Of a stretch of DNA of 64,000 bases, positions 1 to 19,288 are shown one piece after another (within the stretch, counting starts at the first letter, position 1; each line of letters starts with the position of its first letter). This stretch comes from the human T2T-CHM13v2.0 reference genome, Homo sapiens. The notes beneath the pieces were generated by a model. That model was given only the letters and a program-made list of their open reading frames with translations, had not been told where the DNA came from and ran no database searches. The stretch lies in NCBI RefSeq assembly GCF_009914755.1, contig NC_060934.1; one strand, 5' to 3'. The position numbers and the translations under genes were made by a program.

Positions 1-1379
1 TGTGTGCGTGGCTCTCCCCACCGCAGCCACTGTCCAGCACAAATGCCATTTCTCCCTCCTCCTCCTCCTCCCCTGCCTGCAGTTGCTAAGTTACACCAAA
101 AAACCCCTCTGCTCTGTGTGAACTGTTCCATTTCCACGATTTGCCAGGTGGAAGGGAGCCATCCGGCTGGCAGCTCGAAGATGCCTCCCAGAGAAAAACA
201 AACTCACTGGCTGGCCTTCAGGCCAAGGCACACCTGGGATACCTGCTTGGTTCGCAAACCCAGGGGCATGTGCAGGAGGACACAGCTTCTCTACTTCACT
301 AGAGAGCCTGGGGGATCCACACAGCTCATGCCCTTCTCAGGAGCAGGGAGTGTGGGCCTGCTGCACCCGCCTCGCTGGGTCACTACCACCCACAGCCCTA
401 AGGACACACACTGGCTGGAGGGGCAGAGAACCCACCCACGTGTCCCTGGCCATCCAGCCAAGGTCCTCCATGTCCCCCTGCTCCGGATCTCCCCTTCCTG
501 GGCTGGGGTCCTGAGGTTCCAAAGCAAAGTGTCACTGGACATCAGGGTGGAAATGTCCTCAGAGGTCATCAAAACCGTGTCAGTCTACAGATGGGGAAAC
601 TGAGTCTCAGAAGCCTGCAGCCTGCCCGTGGTTCACGAATCAAGACCTGTAGCCTTTCGGCTGGAGGCCCCCTAGAGCCGCTTAGAGTCCAGGGCACCGA
701 GGTGGACAGGCTGGGCTGGCAAGACTGCATCCGGAGGGGGCGGGAGAACCCTGGGGGGACAGAGGGAACCAAGGCCTCTGGGAGGCTCCCCTGCACCCAG
801 CCTGACTCCTGTGTTTCGGGATCCTGCGGCCGACGGCCATCGGGGCCCTTCCTGCGCAGGACAGTGGGAGAAGAGTGGCAGTGGTGGGGAGGGTGAACCA
901 GGGAGAAGCTCACTGCTCTGAGCAGGGAGGGAGGGAGCCCCGGCCACCACCAGGTCTCTGCCCCCAGGTGGCTCCCAAGAGGCAGGCAGCGGCCTCTCTG
1001 TAAATATCCACCAGGTCCAGCACCCAGAGGCAGCCAGAAATGCAGGGCACAGGAACCTGCCAGCGCGTCCCTCCACACACAGCAGGGGACTCCCGCCCCC
1101 ACCTCTCACTCACCGACCCTCGGACCAGAACCAGCTGCACCTGCCCCGTTCCTGGGGCCGGCAAGGCCTGGGGCAAAGAGAGCGTGGTCCTTCAAATGAC
1201 CCTTGCCCAGCAGGGAGAGGGAGACACCTGGCATGGCCCTGGACCTCTCCCCCAAATGCAGAGCTCAAGCCCCAATTCCTCGCCAAACAGCAAGGGCGTG
1301 AGATACCACGGCGGGGCCCAGAATGCAGAAGAGCAAATGGAAACTTCCAACTGCGCAGCCCTGAGCTCCTCCGATTCCC

Positions 1380-2165
1380 CAGCCCCCACCCCCACGCCAG
1401 GCCCCGGGCTGCGAACCTGCCCGCAGTGCCCACGCCCGCCCGCCGCGTGCGCTCCTGCCACGCCCGGCCCGGCCCGGCCCGGCCCGCCAGGTGCCCTGAA
1501 GGGGCGGAGGGTGCAGGGGGTCCTGGCGCCGTCCAGCCCGGGGCGGAGTTCTCAGCAACTCCGCGCGCCGGGATCCCGGCCGCCCTCCCCGCGCGCGTCC
1601 CCCGCCCCGCGCCCGGAGCCCGCGCCCCGGCCCCACGACGGCCGCGCCGGGAGGGACCCCGGGCCCGCGCACGCCGCGCCCTGCCCGCGCCGGCGACCGG
1701 AGGGCACGGCCCCAGGCGCGGGCGGGGGCCCCGAGGCACTGAGGGTCCGCGGCCGCTGCCTACCTCGGTCCGGGCCAGCGTCGCTCCCGCGCCGCCCTCG
1801 CGCCGCAGTCGGGCCCCGAGCAGCGCGCGGCCGGCGCCGGCGGCGGCTCATGCTCGGCGCCCGGGCCCGCGGCACCCGCCCACCCGCGGCCGCCCCCGCG
1901 CTGCGCCAGCTGCGGGCAGAGCAGCTCCCTCCGCAGCCGGCGCCGGGGAGCGCGAGCGAGCGAGCGAACGAGCGAGCGCGGAGCGAGCGCCGAGCGGGCA
2001 CGGAGCGGGCGCGAGAGCGCGGGGAGCGGGGGAGCGGGCGGGCGCGGGACGCGGAGGGAGGAGGGTGCGGGGCAAAGGTGCAGGGGGAGGTAGGGCGCGG
2101 GACGGGGCTCGAGCAGAGGGCACTGGGACAGGGCGGGCGCCGGGAGAGGGCGGCCAGGCTTTCAT
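1380..2165. promoter_or_regulatory. CpG island / promoter of the minus-strand gene
   Basis: Very high GC and CpG density, GC boxes, a (GAGC)n tract at ~1948-1995 and G-runs at 2020-2140; overlaps a 5' exon with a splice donor. Confidence 0.92.
1764..1970 (-). other. SHISAL1: First exon of a minus-strand gene continuing left of the window (tentatively SHISAL1/KIAA1644)
   Basis: Minus-strand donor GACCGAG|GTAGGC at 1764/1763 inside the CpG island; ATG at 1851. The gene name is from recollection of the 22q13.31 locus layout, not from coding sequence in the window. TSS approximate. Confidence 0.5.
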
Positions 2166-2182
2166 TTAAAAAGGATAAGGCA

Positions 2183-2515
<333 letters not shown>

Positions 2516-3029
2516 TTAAAAGGCCCTCTGGGGACTCCCGCAGAGCTGGCAAAATTTTTGTCAGTGGAATCAGACGGTGAAAGCCCTTCTGTGGGCAAGT
2601 CCTGGCCCCTTGGGTCACTCCCCTTAACCATCTTAATCGCCCTGTAAGGTCGGTGGTGGATTTGTTCCCATTGGACAGGTTAGTAAACTGATGCACAGGG
2701 AGTGCGGTTACCCTGCAGGGTCTCAGAGCCTATAAGTGGCAGAGCAAGGCTCCAAAGCCACCTTGAAAGATTTCAGAACCACTAAAGCAGGACACAGGTC
2801 TTCTGGCGTCCACTGGAACTTCCTGTCGCTCTGAAGGGTCACCTTCTCTTGAACGGACACCCTGTGGCCTGACCCCAGGGTGGCCCAGAGTGACTCTTGC
2901 AGGCAGTCAGACGAGGGCCAGTGAGAAACAGGTCTGGGGCGACGATGTCCCCAGGTGGAGGGGTCTGTGTGAAAAAATGGGGAGGAGCCCCACAGCACCC
3001 CTTGAAGAGGCTGAGGACCTTGCTTACTC

Positions 3030-3740
3030 ACTTAGTCCTTGTGTCTTGAACACCTGTATGCCAGGTGTAAGATGGGGCACTGGGATTCGGCTGTGAATGT
3101 CTCTGTCTGGTTGGAGTTTGCATTCTTGTGGGAAGTAGGCAGTGAATAAAAATACACATAAATAGTTCATGTGTCAGATGCTGCAGATCCCACAGAGAGG
3201 CCCAGCAGGGAGAGGGAGCCAGCGAAGGGAGGGGGAGGGGAGCTTGTAGGGTGGGGGATTCTTTTTTATTTTTTAAGGGGAGGTGTCACTGTGTGGCCCA
3301 GGCTGGAGTGCAGTGGCTATTCACAGGTGCAATCACTATGCTCTACAGCCTGGAACTTCCTGACTCTAGTGAGCCTCCTGCCTCAGCCTCCTGAGTAGCT
3401 AGAACTGTAGTTTCTCACCACCACCCTTCCCTGCTGGGTTGGGGATTTTATTTTGGGTGATCAGGGAAATCTTGGCTGAAAGGATCATATCTGAGCTAAG
3501 ACCTAACTGAGGCAAGCTATGCTGAATCCGAGGAATGAACATTTTCAGCAAAGAGAACAGTACATGCAAAGGCCCTGAGGTGGAGGATGCCTTAGAAGGA
3601 GGCCAAGTGGAGATGAGTGAGTGTGGTAGAGAGGAGCCTGCAGGAGCTGCCAGGTGGACCATATCGCGAAGAGCCTGGCCAGCCATCAGCCCTCTGTGGC
3701 TTTGACTCAGAGGGAGGTGGAGGGTTTTGCACAAAGTAAT
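3030..3740 (-). mobile_element. L2 fragments interrupted by an old Alu monomer (~3261-3432)
   Basis: L2 motif GAACAGTACATGCAAAGGCCCTGAGG; Alu-monomer motif CCCAGGCTGGAGTGCAGTGG. Confidence 0.65.
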
Positions 3741-4179
3741 ATGATCTTACTATTTTTTACAAACAATATTTTATTATGTAAGATTTTAAACGCTTATAAT
3801 AGTAACGGCTAAAAAGGTATATACAATAAACTCAATGGCCCAACTTCAACAATTATCAATACATGGCCAATTCTGTTTCATCTGTATGCCCACCTACCAC
3901 TCCCCGTATTATTTATTTGTTTACTCATTTTAAGTAAACTTTTATAGCTTTTTTTTTTTTTGAGACAGGGTCTCATTCTGTCCCCCAGGCTAGAGTGCAG
4001 TGGCACAATCATAGCTCATTGTAGCCTCGAACTCCTGGGCTCAAGCAATCCTCCCGCCTCAGCCTCCCAAGGATAATTTTTTGTAAGTATAACATGCATA
4101 GACAAAAATCATAAAGTTGTGCTCCATGAATTTTCAATAAGAATACACCCATTCAGTGAGAATATTAATAGCTCTCTGC

Positions 4180-6161
<1,982 letters not shown>

Positions 6162-6840
6162 TAACCTCCAATATAATTAGGGGGCTTTTGTGAATACTTT
6201 CTCATCGCTTTTCATTCAGGTGTTGCCTATGAGTTTTTGGTTTTCAACCTCCTTTTACCACCTCTGTTTTTACCTGGCAGGCACTCTTCTGCAGGATGGT
6301 GTTCTGGCCACCAGATCCAGGGAAAGGGGGGATGGGAGGCACATCTCCAAGGATATCTGCATAGCAGGACGCAGCAGTACTTTGAGTGTTGCTTCCTTTG
6401 GGGCTTTGAGGTAGAGGAACTTCTGCTGGCTATGGAAGCTAAAACCTGTACATCAATGACACTTCAGACACCCACTGTTTACTGTGACACAGATATTGTC
6501 CTGCCCAAAATGTGCTCCCCCTTCAAGATCTCTCCAAGGTAGACCCATCACCACCATGGCACTGGTTGGCAGCATGGATCATTGACTGTACCAGGTCCTC
6601 TAGATCGCTGAGCCCCCACAGACCAGCTCTTCCCAGGATTTCAGCTTTCCCCCTCCTGATTCCACATGCCAGTTCATTCAGCTTTGTTTCCACAGAATGG
6701 ATTTTCAGTTATTCCATACCAATACCCTACATTTCCCTGTTCCTTTTACCTTCATGTCTCCCACCTGGCAGAATTCCTGTGACAGAGGAATCCAACTCTG
6801 CCTTCTCCAGGTCTCCCATTAGGTTTTCAGCACTGTAGAG

Positions 6841-7198
6841 CAGTGGTCCCCAACTTTTTGGCACCAAGGACCAGTTTCATGGAAGGCAATTTTTCCAGAC
6901 AGGGCAGTGTGTGGCAGGGGAGTTGGTTTGGGGGGTGGTTTCAGGATGAAATCTTTCCAACTCAGATCATCAGGCATGAGATTCTCATAAGAAGCACACA
7001 ACCTTGATCACTCACATGCGAAACTCACAATAGGGCTTACACTCCTATGAGAATCTAATGTCCCCACTGATCTGCCAGGGGGCAGAGCTCAGGCGGGAAT
7101 GCTCCCTTGCCTGCCCGCTCACCTCCCACTGTGCGGCCCCATTCCTAAGAGACCACAGACCAGTGCCAGTCTGTGGCCTTGGGGTGGGGGGACTCCTG
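6841..7198. mobile_element. MER1B-type hAT-Charlie DNA transposon
   Basis: Termini CAGTGGTCCCCAAC...GGGGACTCCTG; perfect 8-bp TSD CTGTAGAG at 6833-6840 and 7199-7206. Confidence 0.9.
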
Positions 7199-7653
7199 CT
7201 GTAGAGGATATCATAGGGTCCTGCTATTATGCCAAATTCACGATAAATTCTTCTGTGGAACAGAGAACTCAACACTACTCTGTCATCCTGCTATGTTCCT
7301 GTCTCTCTCTTTTTTTTTTTAATTGTGAAATATGTCCTACGTACTGAAGAACTGTGAAATGTAGATGTGCAGTCTCAGGAGCAAACCCATGACTGGGGTG
7401 AAGCAGTGGGGCACAAGCCCTCCCCACCACCTCCTCCCAGAGGTAACCACTATCCCGATGTTTATTTCCCTAACCCCTTAAACTTCCACCCCTAGATAGG
7501 TATGCCGGGTTTTGAACTTTTGGGAATGGTTTCAAACTCTTTCTACTGTCACTTGTTTGTGTCATCAATATTATGTTTGTGAAATCCACCCATGTTGATG
7601 GGTGTAGCTCTTGTTCATTTATGCCAACTATTGTTTGGTACTCAATGGAAATA

Positions 7654-7989
7654 CAGCACCTCCCCCTGCCCCTACATGCAGGGTTTCACTTTCCGTGTTT
7701 TAGTCACTGGCAGTCAACTGGAGCCTAAAGATAGGTGAGTATAATACAGTTAAGATATTTTGAGAGAGGGAGACCACATTCACGTAATTTCTATTATGGT
7801 ATATTGTTATAATTGTTCTGTTTATTATTGGTGATTGTTGTTAATCTCTTACTATGTCTCATTTATAAATTAAAATTTATCATAGATGTATATGTATAGG
7901 AAAAAATAGTATATATAGGCTTTGGTACTATTTGCAATTTCATGCATCTGCTGGGGGTCTTGGAGGGGACAGCTAAGGAGAGACTACTG
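7654..7989. mobile_element. Tigger2/MER8-like TcMar DNA transposon
   Basis: TA-flanked CAG...CTACTG termini; GGGGGTCTTGGA...GACTACTG end motif. Confidence 0.65.
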
Positions 7990-8249
7990 TATTCTGTAGT
8001 ATCCCACCATCAAAAAAGTTGTATATGAGGTAATGCATATGTTAACCACCTTGATTTCACCATTTCACAATGTATACATATTTTAATATAACACATTGTA
8101 CACTATAAATACATACAACGCTTATTTGTCCATTTAAACAACTAATTAACTTTTAAAGGCACACTGTAATACATTTATCCAATCTACTGCTAATAGACAT
8201 TTGGGGCATTGACATATTTTTGCTATTATGAACAAAGCTGTTATGAATA

Positions 8250-8680
8250 TTCATCCATTCACTGAACAAATGTTTCTTGAGTACCTACTGTGAACTGGCC
8301 ACTATTTTAGGCATGGGGATACAGCAGTGATCAAGACAGACGAAAATTCCTTCCCACAGGGGTATTCTAGAGGTGGCTGACTACAATGAGCAGGAAAAAA
8401 CAGGGAAATTGTGTTTTATGTTAGAGGGTGGTAAGCACTCACTGGGAATGAAAAACAGAGAAGGTGAAAAGTACCAGGGTAGAGGCTACACAGCCCTGAG
8501 TTGATATGTAGGTGGAGACTTGGGGTGAGGACAGTGCTGTGCAGCTGTCCAGTGATAGCTCCAGCAGAGGGAGGGGCCTGTGCAAGGGGGCGGTGGGTGG
8601 GTCCACACTGAGACCAGTGGAGAAGGGCCTGGGCAATGCAGGGCAGCCTGACTCCCCAGGCCGAGGCCAGACCTCACAGG
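8250..8680 (-). mobile_element. L2 3' fragment
   Basis: CATTCACTGAACAAATGTTTCTTGAGTACCTACTGTG resembles the reverse of the L2 3' end. Confidence 0.65.
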
Positions 8681-9360
8681 TTAAGAGTGCCCTCACTGAA
8701 AGACACACCACAAATTTGGAGGCCCCAGGCCACCTGCACTTTTGACCAACTGGGTACAAATTTAGCGGGTCCCCCTCAAGTGGAATTCACTGGAACACGC
8801 TCGGAACTCAGGCAGCGCTCTGCTCATGACGACAGCTTCACCATAGCAGAAAGGGCCGAGTCAGGACCAGCCACAAGAAGAGTCTCAAAAAAAATGAAGA
8901 AGTCTCGAAGGACGAGGTCTGGGAGGGTCCCAGATGCAAAGCTTCCATGGCCTCTCCCAGGGAGTCAAGGACATCACCATCCTGACACATCCGTGGGTAA
9001 AAACATGCAAAAGGCATTGCCAATGAGAGAGGTTCACCTCAGCTTGTGTGTCTAGAGTTGGGTTTCTGCGTCCAGGGCTTCATTGCACAGGCATGACTGA
9101 GCCACCAGCACCACGTGCTTTGCGCTGCAGCTCCTCTTCCCAGAAGTTGGGATGATAGCATGTGGCTCCAAGGCCCACCCTCTAATCACGGGGTTGGTCT
9201 TTCAGGCCTGACCAGCCCCACTCTGAGCCATCTTGGCATAAATTCAGATGTGGTCTGAGGTGCCCACCAGGAATAACAAAGACATTCCTGTCACTGGGGA
9301 AATTCCAAGGATTTAGAGGCTCCCTTCCAGAAACCAGGACAAAAGCTGTCCCAATTCCTC
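8680..9360. mobile_element. MER21-family LTR
   Basis: CCCCAGGCCACCTGCACTTTTGACCAACTGG and GGAAATTCCAAGGATTTAGAGGCTCCC motifs. Confidence 0.6.
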
Positions 9361-9584
9361 ATTCCAGAGCAGCCTGTGTGGCTGGAGAAGAGTAAGTGTG
9401 GCCAAGAATAAAAGGAGGCAAGATCAGAGGGTTATGAGGAATAGACCCAGGGAGTACTGGGTACCTGTCTCCTGGTGCCCAGGTGCAAGAGTTCCCCAAA
9501 CGTAGGCTGGAATTTGCAACTCCTGGGTTGTACGCAATACACATGTTCAACTCTTGGGAAATGTCCCATTGTTTTCTATAGAAT

Positions 9585-10365
9585 AACGACCCCCCAAATG
9601 TCTGTGTCTGAATCCCTGGAATCTATGAGTATGTTTCTTTACATGATAGCAGGGACATTATAGATGTGATTAGTGGAGGATCTTGAGATTATTCAGATGG
9701 GTCATCTCATCTCAAGGGTCCTTACGAGAGGGATACAAAGGGGTTTGAGTCATGGAAGGAGACGTGATGACAGAAGCAGAGGCCAGAAAGAGTGAGACTG
9801 GGCACAGTGGCTCACACCTGTAATCCCAGCACTTTGGGAGGCCAAGGTGGGCATATCGCTTGTGGAAGTTCAAGACCAGCCTGGGCAACATAGTGAGACC
9901 CTGTCTCTACAAAAAAATACAAAACTTAGCTGGGCTTGGTGGTGTGCCCCTGTGGTCCCAGCTACTCCAGAGGCTGAGGTGGGAGGATCACTAGAGCTGG
10001 GGAGGTTGAGGCTTTAGTGAGCCATGATTGCATCACTGTACTCCAGCCTGGGTGACAGAGCAAGACCCTGTCTCAAAAAATAAAAGAAGAAAGAGAGAAA
10101 AAGTTTGAAGATGCTCCACTGCTGGCTTTGAGGATGGAGGAAAGGACTAAAGCCAAGGAATGCCTGCAGCCTGTGGAAGGTAGAAGAGCCACAGAGACAG
10201 CTTCCCCTCCAGCCTCCAGAAGCAACCAGCCCTGCTGACACCTTGGTTTTGTCCCAGTGAGACTGATTTTGGACTTCTGACCTCTAGAAGCATAAGATTG
10301 TGGGTTTTTGTTGTTTAAGCCACAAGATCGTGGTAATTCGTTACAGCGGTAGGAAACTAATACAC
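9585..10365 (+). mobile_element. MLT1 (MaLR) LTR with a nested AluJ (~9797-10092)
   Basis: MLT1 motifs CAGCCCTGCTGACACCTTG...GGACTTCTGACCTCTAGAA...GGAAACTAATACA; Alu dimer in the middle. Confidence 0.8.
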
Positions 10366-10824
10366 AATCTTTGCCCACCCCTCTAAGTGATGACTTCCCT
10401 ACTTTGGCCAGCCTGTTGATTAAATTGTGTTGTCTCATTGTGGATTTCATTTTTACTTTCCTGATGATGAATGATATTAAGCATCTTTGCAGATATCTAT
10501 TAATCGTTTGGGTTTACGCTTTAGCAAAGTGCCTGCTCAAGATTTTTGCTCAGGTTTTTTCCCCCATGGTTTTTAGCATGTATACAGAATTGTGTAGCCA
10601 TCACAACAGTCAATTTTAGAACAATTCTATCACCCCAAGAGGAAACCCCAAACCATCTAGCTGCTTTTCCCACCCTTCCACCCCCTCCCAGTCCTTTGCA
10701 ACCATTGATCTACTTTGTCTTTATAGATTTGCCTATTCTAGACAGCTCATGTAAATAAGAACCATATAACATGTGGCCTTTTGTGTCTGGCTTCTTTCAT
10801 CTTGTATAATGATGATTTTCACTG

Positions 10825-11930
<1,106 letters not shown>

Positions 11931-12584
11931 TTGCTCAGTTTTCTATTGTTTATTCTTCTCATTGATTTGAAAGATTTCTATATATTCTAGGTGCTAGTAC
12001 AATGAGAGTTAAATGTGTTAAAAATATCTTCTCCCCCTTTGTAGCTTATGTTTTACTCTCTTTGTGCTGTCTTTCGATGCAAGAATGTCTTAACTTGTGT
12101 AATAAAGTCCCCCGTGCGACTCTCTTCCTTTATGGCATGAGCTTGTCAGCCTCCTCTTCTCTAAATTCTCAAAACATTCCCAACAATTTCAAATCCTCCA
12201 GCCTTCTCCCAGCCTTCTCTCTATTCCCCTGCCTGTCAAAGAATGACTCTCCCTCTTTTACATCCTAGGGAAATTTGAAACCACTGTTAGGAACCGTCTC
12301 AACTCTTACCCCCAAGTTTATACACTTACCTGCATACTTCCCTTCTTCCTTCCCATCATAAAGATGCACATGGTCTCTTTTTTTCTCTATAGGTCACCCT
12401 CTCTCCCTCTGCCCTGGGTACCATCCCCACCACCCCATCCTCTTTAATATTGTGCCATTAAATATATCTTTCTAGGAGAGGGAAAACTATTTTTCCTCTA
12501 CCCTTTTAGGTTCTCAGCTGGGGCCCCTATTACAAAAGGCAGATTGACAAGAGAAAAACAGACAGAGGCCAATTAACATGTACA

Positions 12585-12654
12585 TCTCATATATACATTG
12601 GAGATATATATATACATATATGCATTGTATATATACACTTATTGTGTGTTTGTG

Positions 12655-12689
<35 letters not shown>

Positions 12690-12698
12690 TTATATACA
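12585..12698. repeat. (TA)n/(TG)n/(CA)n compound microsatellite
   Basis: Directly visible dinucleotide tracts. Confidence 0.9.
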
Positions 12699-12951
12699 TT
12701 GGAGAAACTCAGGGATGAGTAAACTCACAGAGGTGGCTAGAACTTGGGCTTAAATACCATCTTCAGCTAAAACAAAGGAAGAAGGGTGTCAGGGAGGCTA
12801 GTTATAGGGATGTGACCAGTAAAAGCACAGTAGCAAGCGTAAGGTTTGGTATGCAAATTTAATTCAGTGCCTCCTCCATTGATAAGAGTCTCTTATGATT
12901 TAGAGCCATCCTTTTCTTACTGGTATAGAGAGAGACACCCTTACAAATTGA

Positions 12952-13167
<216 letters not shown>

Positions 13168-13551
13168 TGACATTTTCCATAAAGGCCAATATATACATAC
13201 AGCAATTTGACTGGTTACAGCTTGCTGCATGCCAAGGAAGATTGCTTGAATATTCTGTGAGGAGGGGTGATGATCTGCAGGGGTCTCATCTCTGGCGCAG
13301 CAAAGCCTTTCCTAATCACTTACAAGAAGAAGCAGAAGTTGCAGCTGCAGGCTATGTGACTCAGGCTGCATAGCCACATTCCTCTCAAGGCTCAGAATAA
13401 TTTAAAGTTCCAACAGCTTTAAGTTTGAATTATTTTACTTCACACACCCCAAAATATGCTTCTTTGGCATGAGGATTTCTTTGAGCTCATTACCTTGAGA
13501 AACAGCAAGCTCAAGAGAAGCTCTAAAAGCAGAATATAAAGTACCCCTTTA

Positions 13552-14431
<880 letters not shown>

Positions 14432-14635
14432 AGGACTATTTTATTTTTATAAGGTACTTGAACTCCCCATGAAATGATGTAGCATTTTTGTTTTGTTTTG
14501 TTTTGTTCTGTTTTGTTTGAGATAGGGTCTCACTCTGCTGCCCAGGCTGGAGGGCAGTGGCACAATCATGGCTCACTTCAGCCACCATGCCCAGCTGGCT
14601 AATTTTTTATTTTTTGTAGAGATGAGATCTCACTA

Positions 14636-14731
<96 letters not shown>

Positions 14732-14734
14732 CTA

Positions 14735-15795
<1,061 letters not shown>

Positions 15796-16227
15796 TCAAC
15801 TATTTAAGAAAATATAATCTATACATACCCTTAGCTGGGTTCATGGAAACTACAATAAGTGCAAAATTCTGAAAGCAAGAAACATGTGGGGGACCACTGC
15901 TCTCTCTCTGCAGTGGGGTCTCCTGCTCTGATCCAGTGGGTGGCCTTTACCAGAAAAAAACAGAATCCACCTGACATTGGATCAAGGCAGGTGCCGGGGT
16001 CAGTCTGCAAATTAGTTATTAGTAAAGCTGAATTTCTGTATTTTAAATAAATAGATATAAATGGATCATCCTGCTTACCCAACACTGGAAACCGCTGCTA
16101 TATTTGGGAACAAATAGTCACCAAATACCAGCCCAGTGCTGAGTTTGTAACATGAATTACTTTATTTAATTATCACAACTATATGAAGTGGATTCTAAGA
16201 TACCACTCATTTATGAATGAAACTGGT

Positions 16228-16506
16228 GGCTGGGCGCGGTGGGTCATACCTGTAATCCCAGCACTTTGGGAGGCCGAGGCGAGCAGATCACTGAGGTCAG
16301 GAGTTCAAGACCAACCTGGCCAACGTGGTGAAACCCTCTCTCTACTAAAAATACAACACAGGCATGGTAGCGGGAGCCTGTAATCACAGCTACTCGGGAG
16401 GCTGAGGCAAGAAATCACTTGAACCGAGGAGGTGCAGGTTGCAGTGAGCAGAGATTACACAACTGCACTCCAGCCTAGGTAACAGAGCAAGACTCCATCT
16501 CAAAAA
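16228..16506 (+). mobile_element. AluS followed by an (AT)n tail
   Basis: Alu dimer motifs. Confidence 0.9.
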
Positions 16507-18934
16507 TATATATATATATAGATATATGCAGATATAGATATCATGGCAGCCATAGCTGGGGCAGCATCCCCGTTCTTTGCTTAGTGCAGTCACTCTTCTT
16601 ATTGGACATAAATCAAGTGCGACCTTATGCCCCACCTTCTCAGTGACCCAAGGCTCCAGTCCCTTCTCAGAGGGAGGGTAAAATCCAGAGATGCCCCAGC
16701 CGTCTTGCCTCTAGTTCTTGGATCTTCACAATAAGCGATGGTCATGGGGCTCTGCCAGTAGTTGGGTCAGGATTTCTTTCTATTTGGTGTTGTCCCATCC
16801 TTTTCTGGAAGAATATCTTGAATATCCAAGTTTCTGATTTGTCAATGTCACACCCCTCCAATTTCTGGCATCGATGCACGCTTTTTCTATTTCTGTGTTC
16901 TGTTCTTGGCTTATTTCAATGGAAATTTGGAAATAACTTAGAGGTGCATGCAAATGTAGCCATTTTATCTGGAAGTCTCTTGCATCAAGTACAAAAGCTA
17001 AATGTTCTTTTTGCCTCTAGAATGTGATCATGGGCAAATTTTCTGAACTGAGGCATTATTTGTCTCATCTGGGCTAATGGCTTGTACCTGAAACTATTGT
17101 CTAGAGTGTATTTCTGTCAAATTAGTGGAGGCAGGAGGAGCTGGAAGGTAGAGGAAGGCAGGATCTTCAAATGTTCCCAGGATGCACTTTTCAGTTCACC
17201 CCACCCGGACCTATTCAAAGGCTGCTGTTTACAAGGCTCTTTCTAGGGTTAAGGTTTTCAGTGTGAGCTCTGTGAGCCCCTGAGGAGTGGGAAGAGACTG
17301 AGTATGAGACTCCAGCATCCCCCATTTTTTCCACTTCACCCAAGCAGCTTCGTGAGAAGATCTATGCTAGGAACATGGTCCAAATCCTGGTTGGACATTT
17401 ACAGATGATGTAAGCAGGACCGAGCCAGGGGCACCATTCCAGAGTGGGAAGGGAGCAGGGGCTCCTGGGTTTCAGTCCTCGACCTAAGTCAGGAATTCCT
17501 GAGCCAGGAGCCAGGAAGTCCTATCAGACCTGGAAGGACCCTGTCACAAGAGGTGGTGGGGAGTCCTGTCCTCTCTGTACCTGAGGGTAAGGTACACTTT
17601 GCCTCCTTAAGGAGATCCAATGTCTCTCATTTCACAGAAGAAATGGGGATGTTTCTATTACATGGAAAGTGAAAGACAGCAACATCAAAGCAACACTTAT
17701 TTAGGGCTATGGGCAAGACTGATGTCTCTCCACCCTGGAGAGCTTCCGCCTCTGAAGTGCGGAATGCGCCCCAGCAGCAGCTCTGCAAGGAACGAGTCCA
17801 CATAGGGCTCTCAGCACCCGCTTCTGAGGCTGAGGACAGCCAGGCAGTGTCAGACATCTGCTGTCGTTAAGGCTCAGGATCCTGCAACTCTGCAGCCTAA
17901 TCCAGCTTTCTGCGAAAGTTGGAACCTCTCTCTGTCTGAGGGTCCTTGGCTGCCGGCCACAAAGACGTGCGCTGTTGGTCAGCACCGAGGACAGCACTTG
18001 GGGGCGGTGCTCCGGGGAATTCCTGGGTGACGAATACCAGGACAGAAGGACCTTCTTCCCGACAGCAGGAAGGATCAGGCTGAGGGTAGTAGTGTGCCCG
18101 GGTAGTAGTGTGCCCAGGTACCCTGCAAATGTCATAGGCAGCTGACGAGCCCCTTCTCGTCATCAGCCAGGGTTAGGATTATCTAACTGCACCCTAGGGG
18201 CTAAGAGGCCAAAGACATGAGTGGAAGCCAAGGGAGGGTTGGGGGGCCAGATGACCTCCCTGGACAGAGAGATGCTATATGTTCCCCAGAATGGCAAGCC
18301 CTGCCCAACCAGCACAGACCAGCTCTGTGGCTCTACCTCCCGGCCCAGGACACACCTTCTCTCTCTGGCCTGCCTGCTCACACTCTTGACCTTGGGGTGC
18401 TGTGCTTTCCAAGGGCCCTTGGTGTGGAATGGAAATGCCTTTACTCATCCACCTTTAGTGGAGAAATCGTGAGAGCAGCAGGGGCCAATGCAAGAGAGAG
18501 AAGGCCCCACTGGGATGAGGCTGCCCAGTCCTGCCGCAGGTGCCAGCACGGCTGCTGCACTGGGGTAGAGCTCCATTCAAAGCGAAGCTCTCTGTTCCCA
18601 GCGTTATCGAGTGGTGGGACACTGTTCCCTCTTTGCCCCTCGAAGGGCTGCCCTCTGCTGACCACTTCCTGTCCCCCACCCACTAATCCTTTCCCTGCAT
18701 CCTCTCTGATCCTCACAGCACCCTGTGGGGTGGGTGCTACTGTTGTTCCCATTTTGCAGGCAGGAAAGACAGAGAGGACAAGCGACAGTGAGTGGTGGAG
18801 CTGGGACTCTAACCCAGCTCTGTTTGCTGCTAGCATCCTTGTGTTGTGCTGCATGGCTCCAAGGGTTCTGTGGTAAGGTTCACACCACAGCTGAGCTCCA
18901 GGGCCTTCCTTTCTAGGTAGCCAGAGGCCATTTA

Positions 18935-19288
<354 letters not shown>

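Noticed and set aside
18083-18120. Two copies of GGTAGTAGTGTGCCC
   Set aside because: Simple 16-bp slippage duplication with no further structure.
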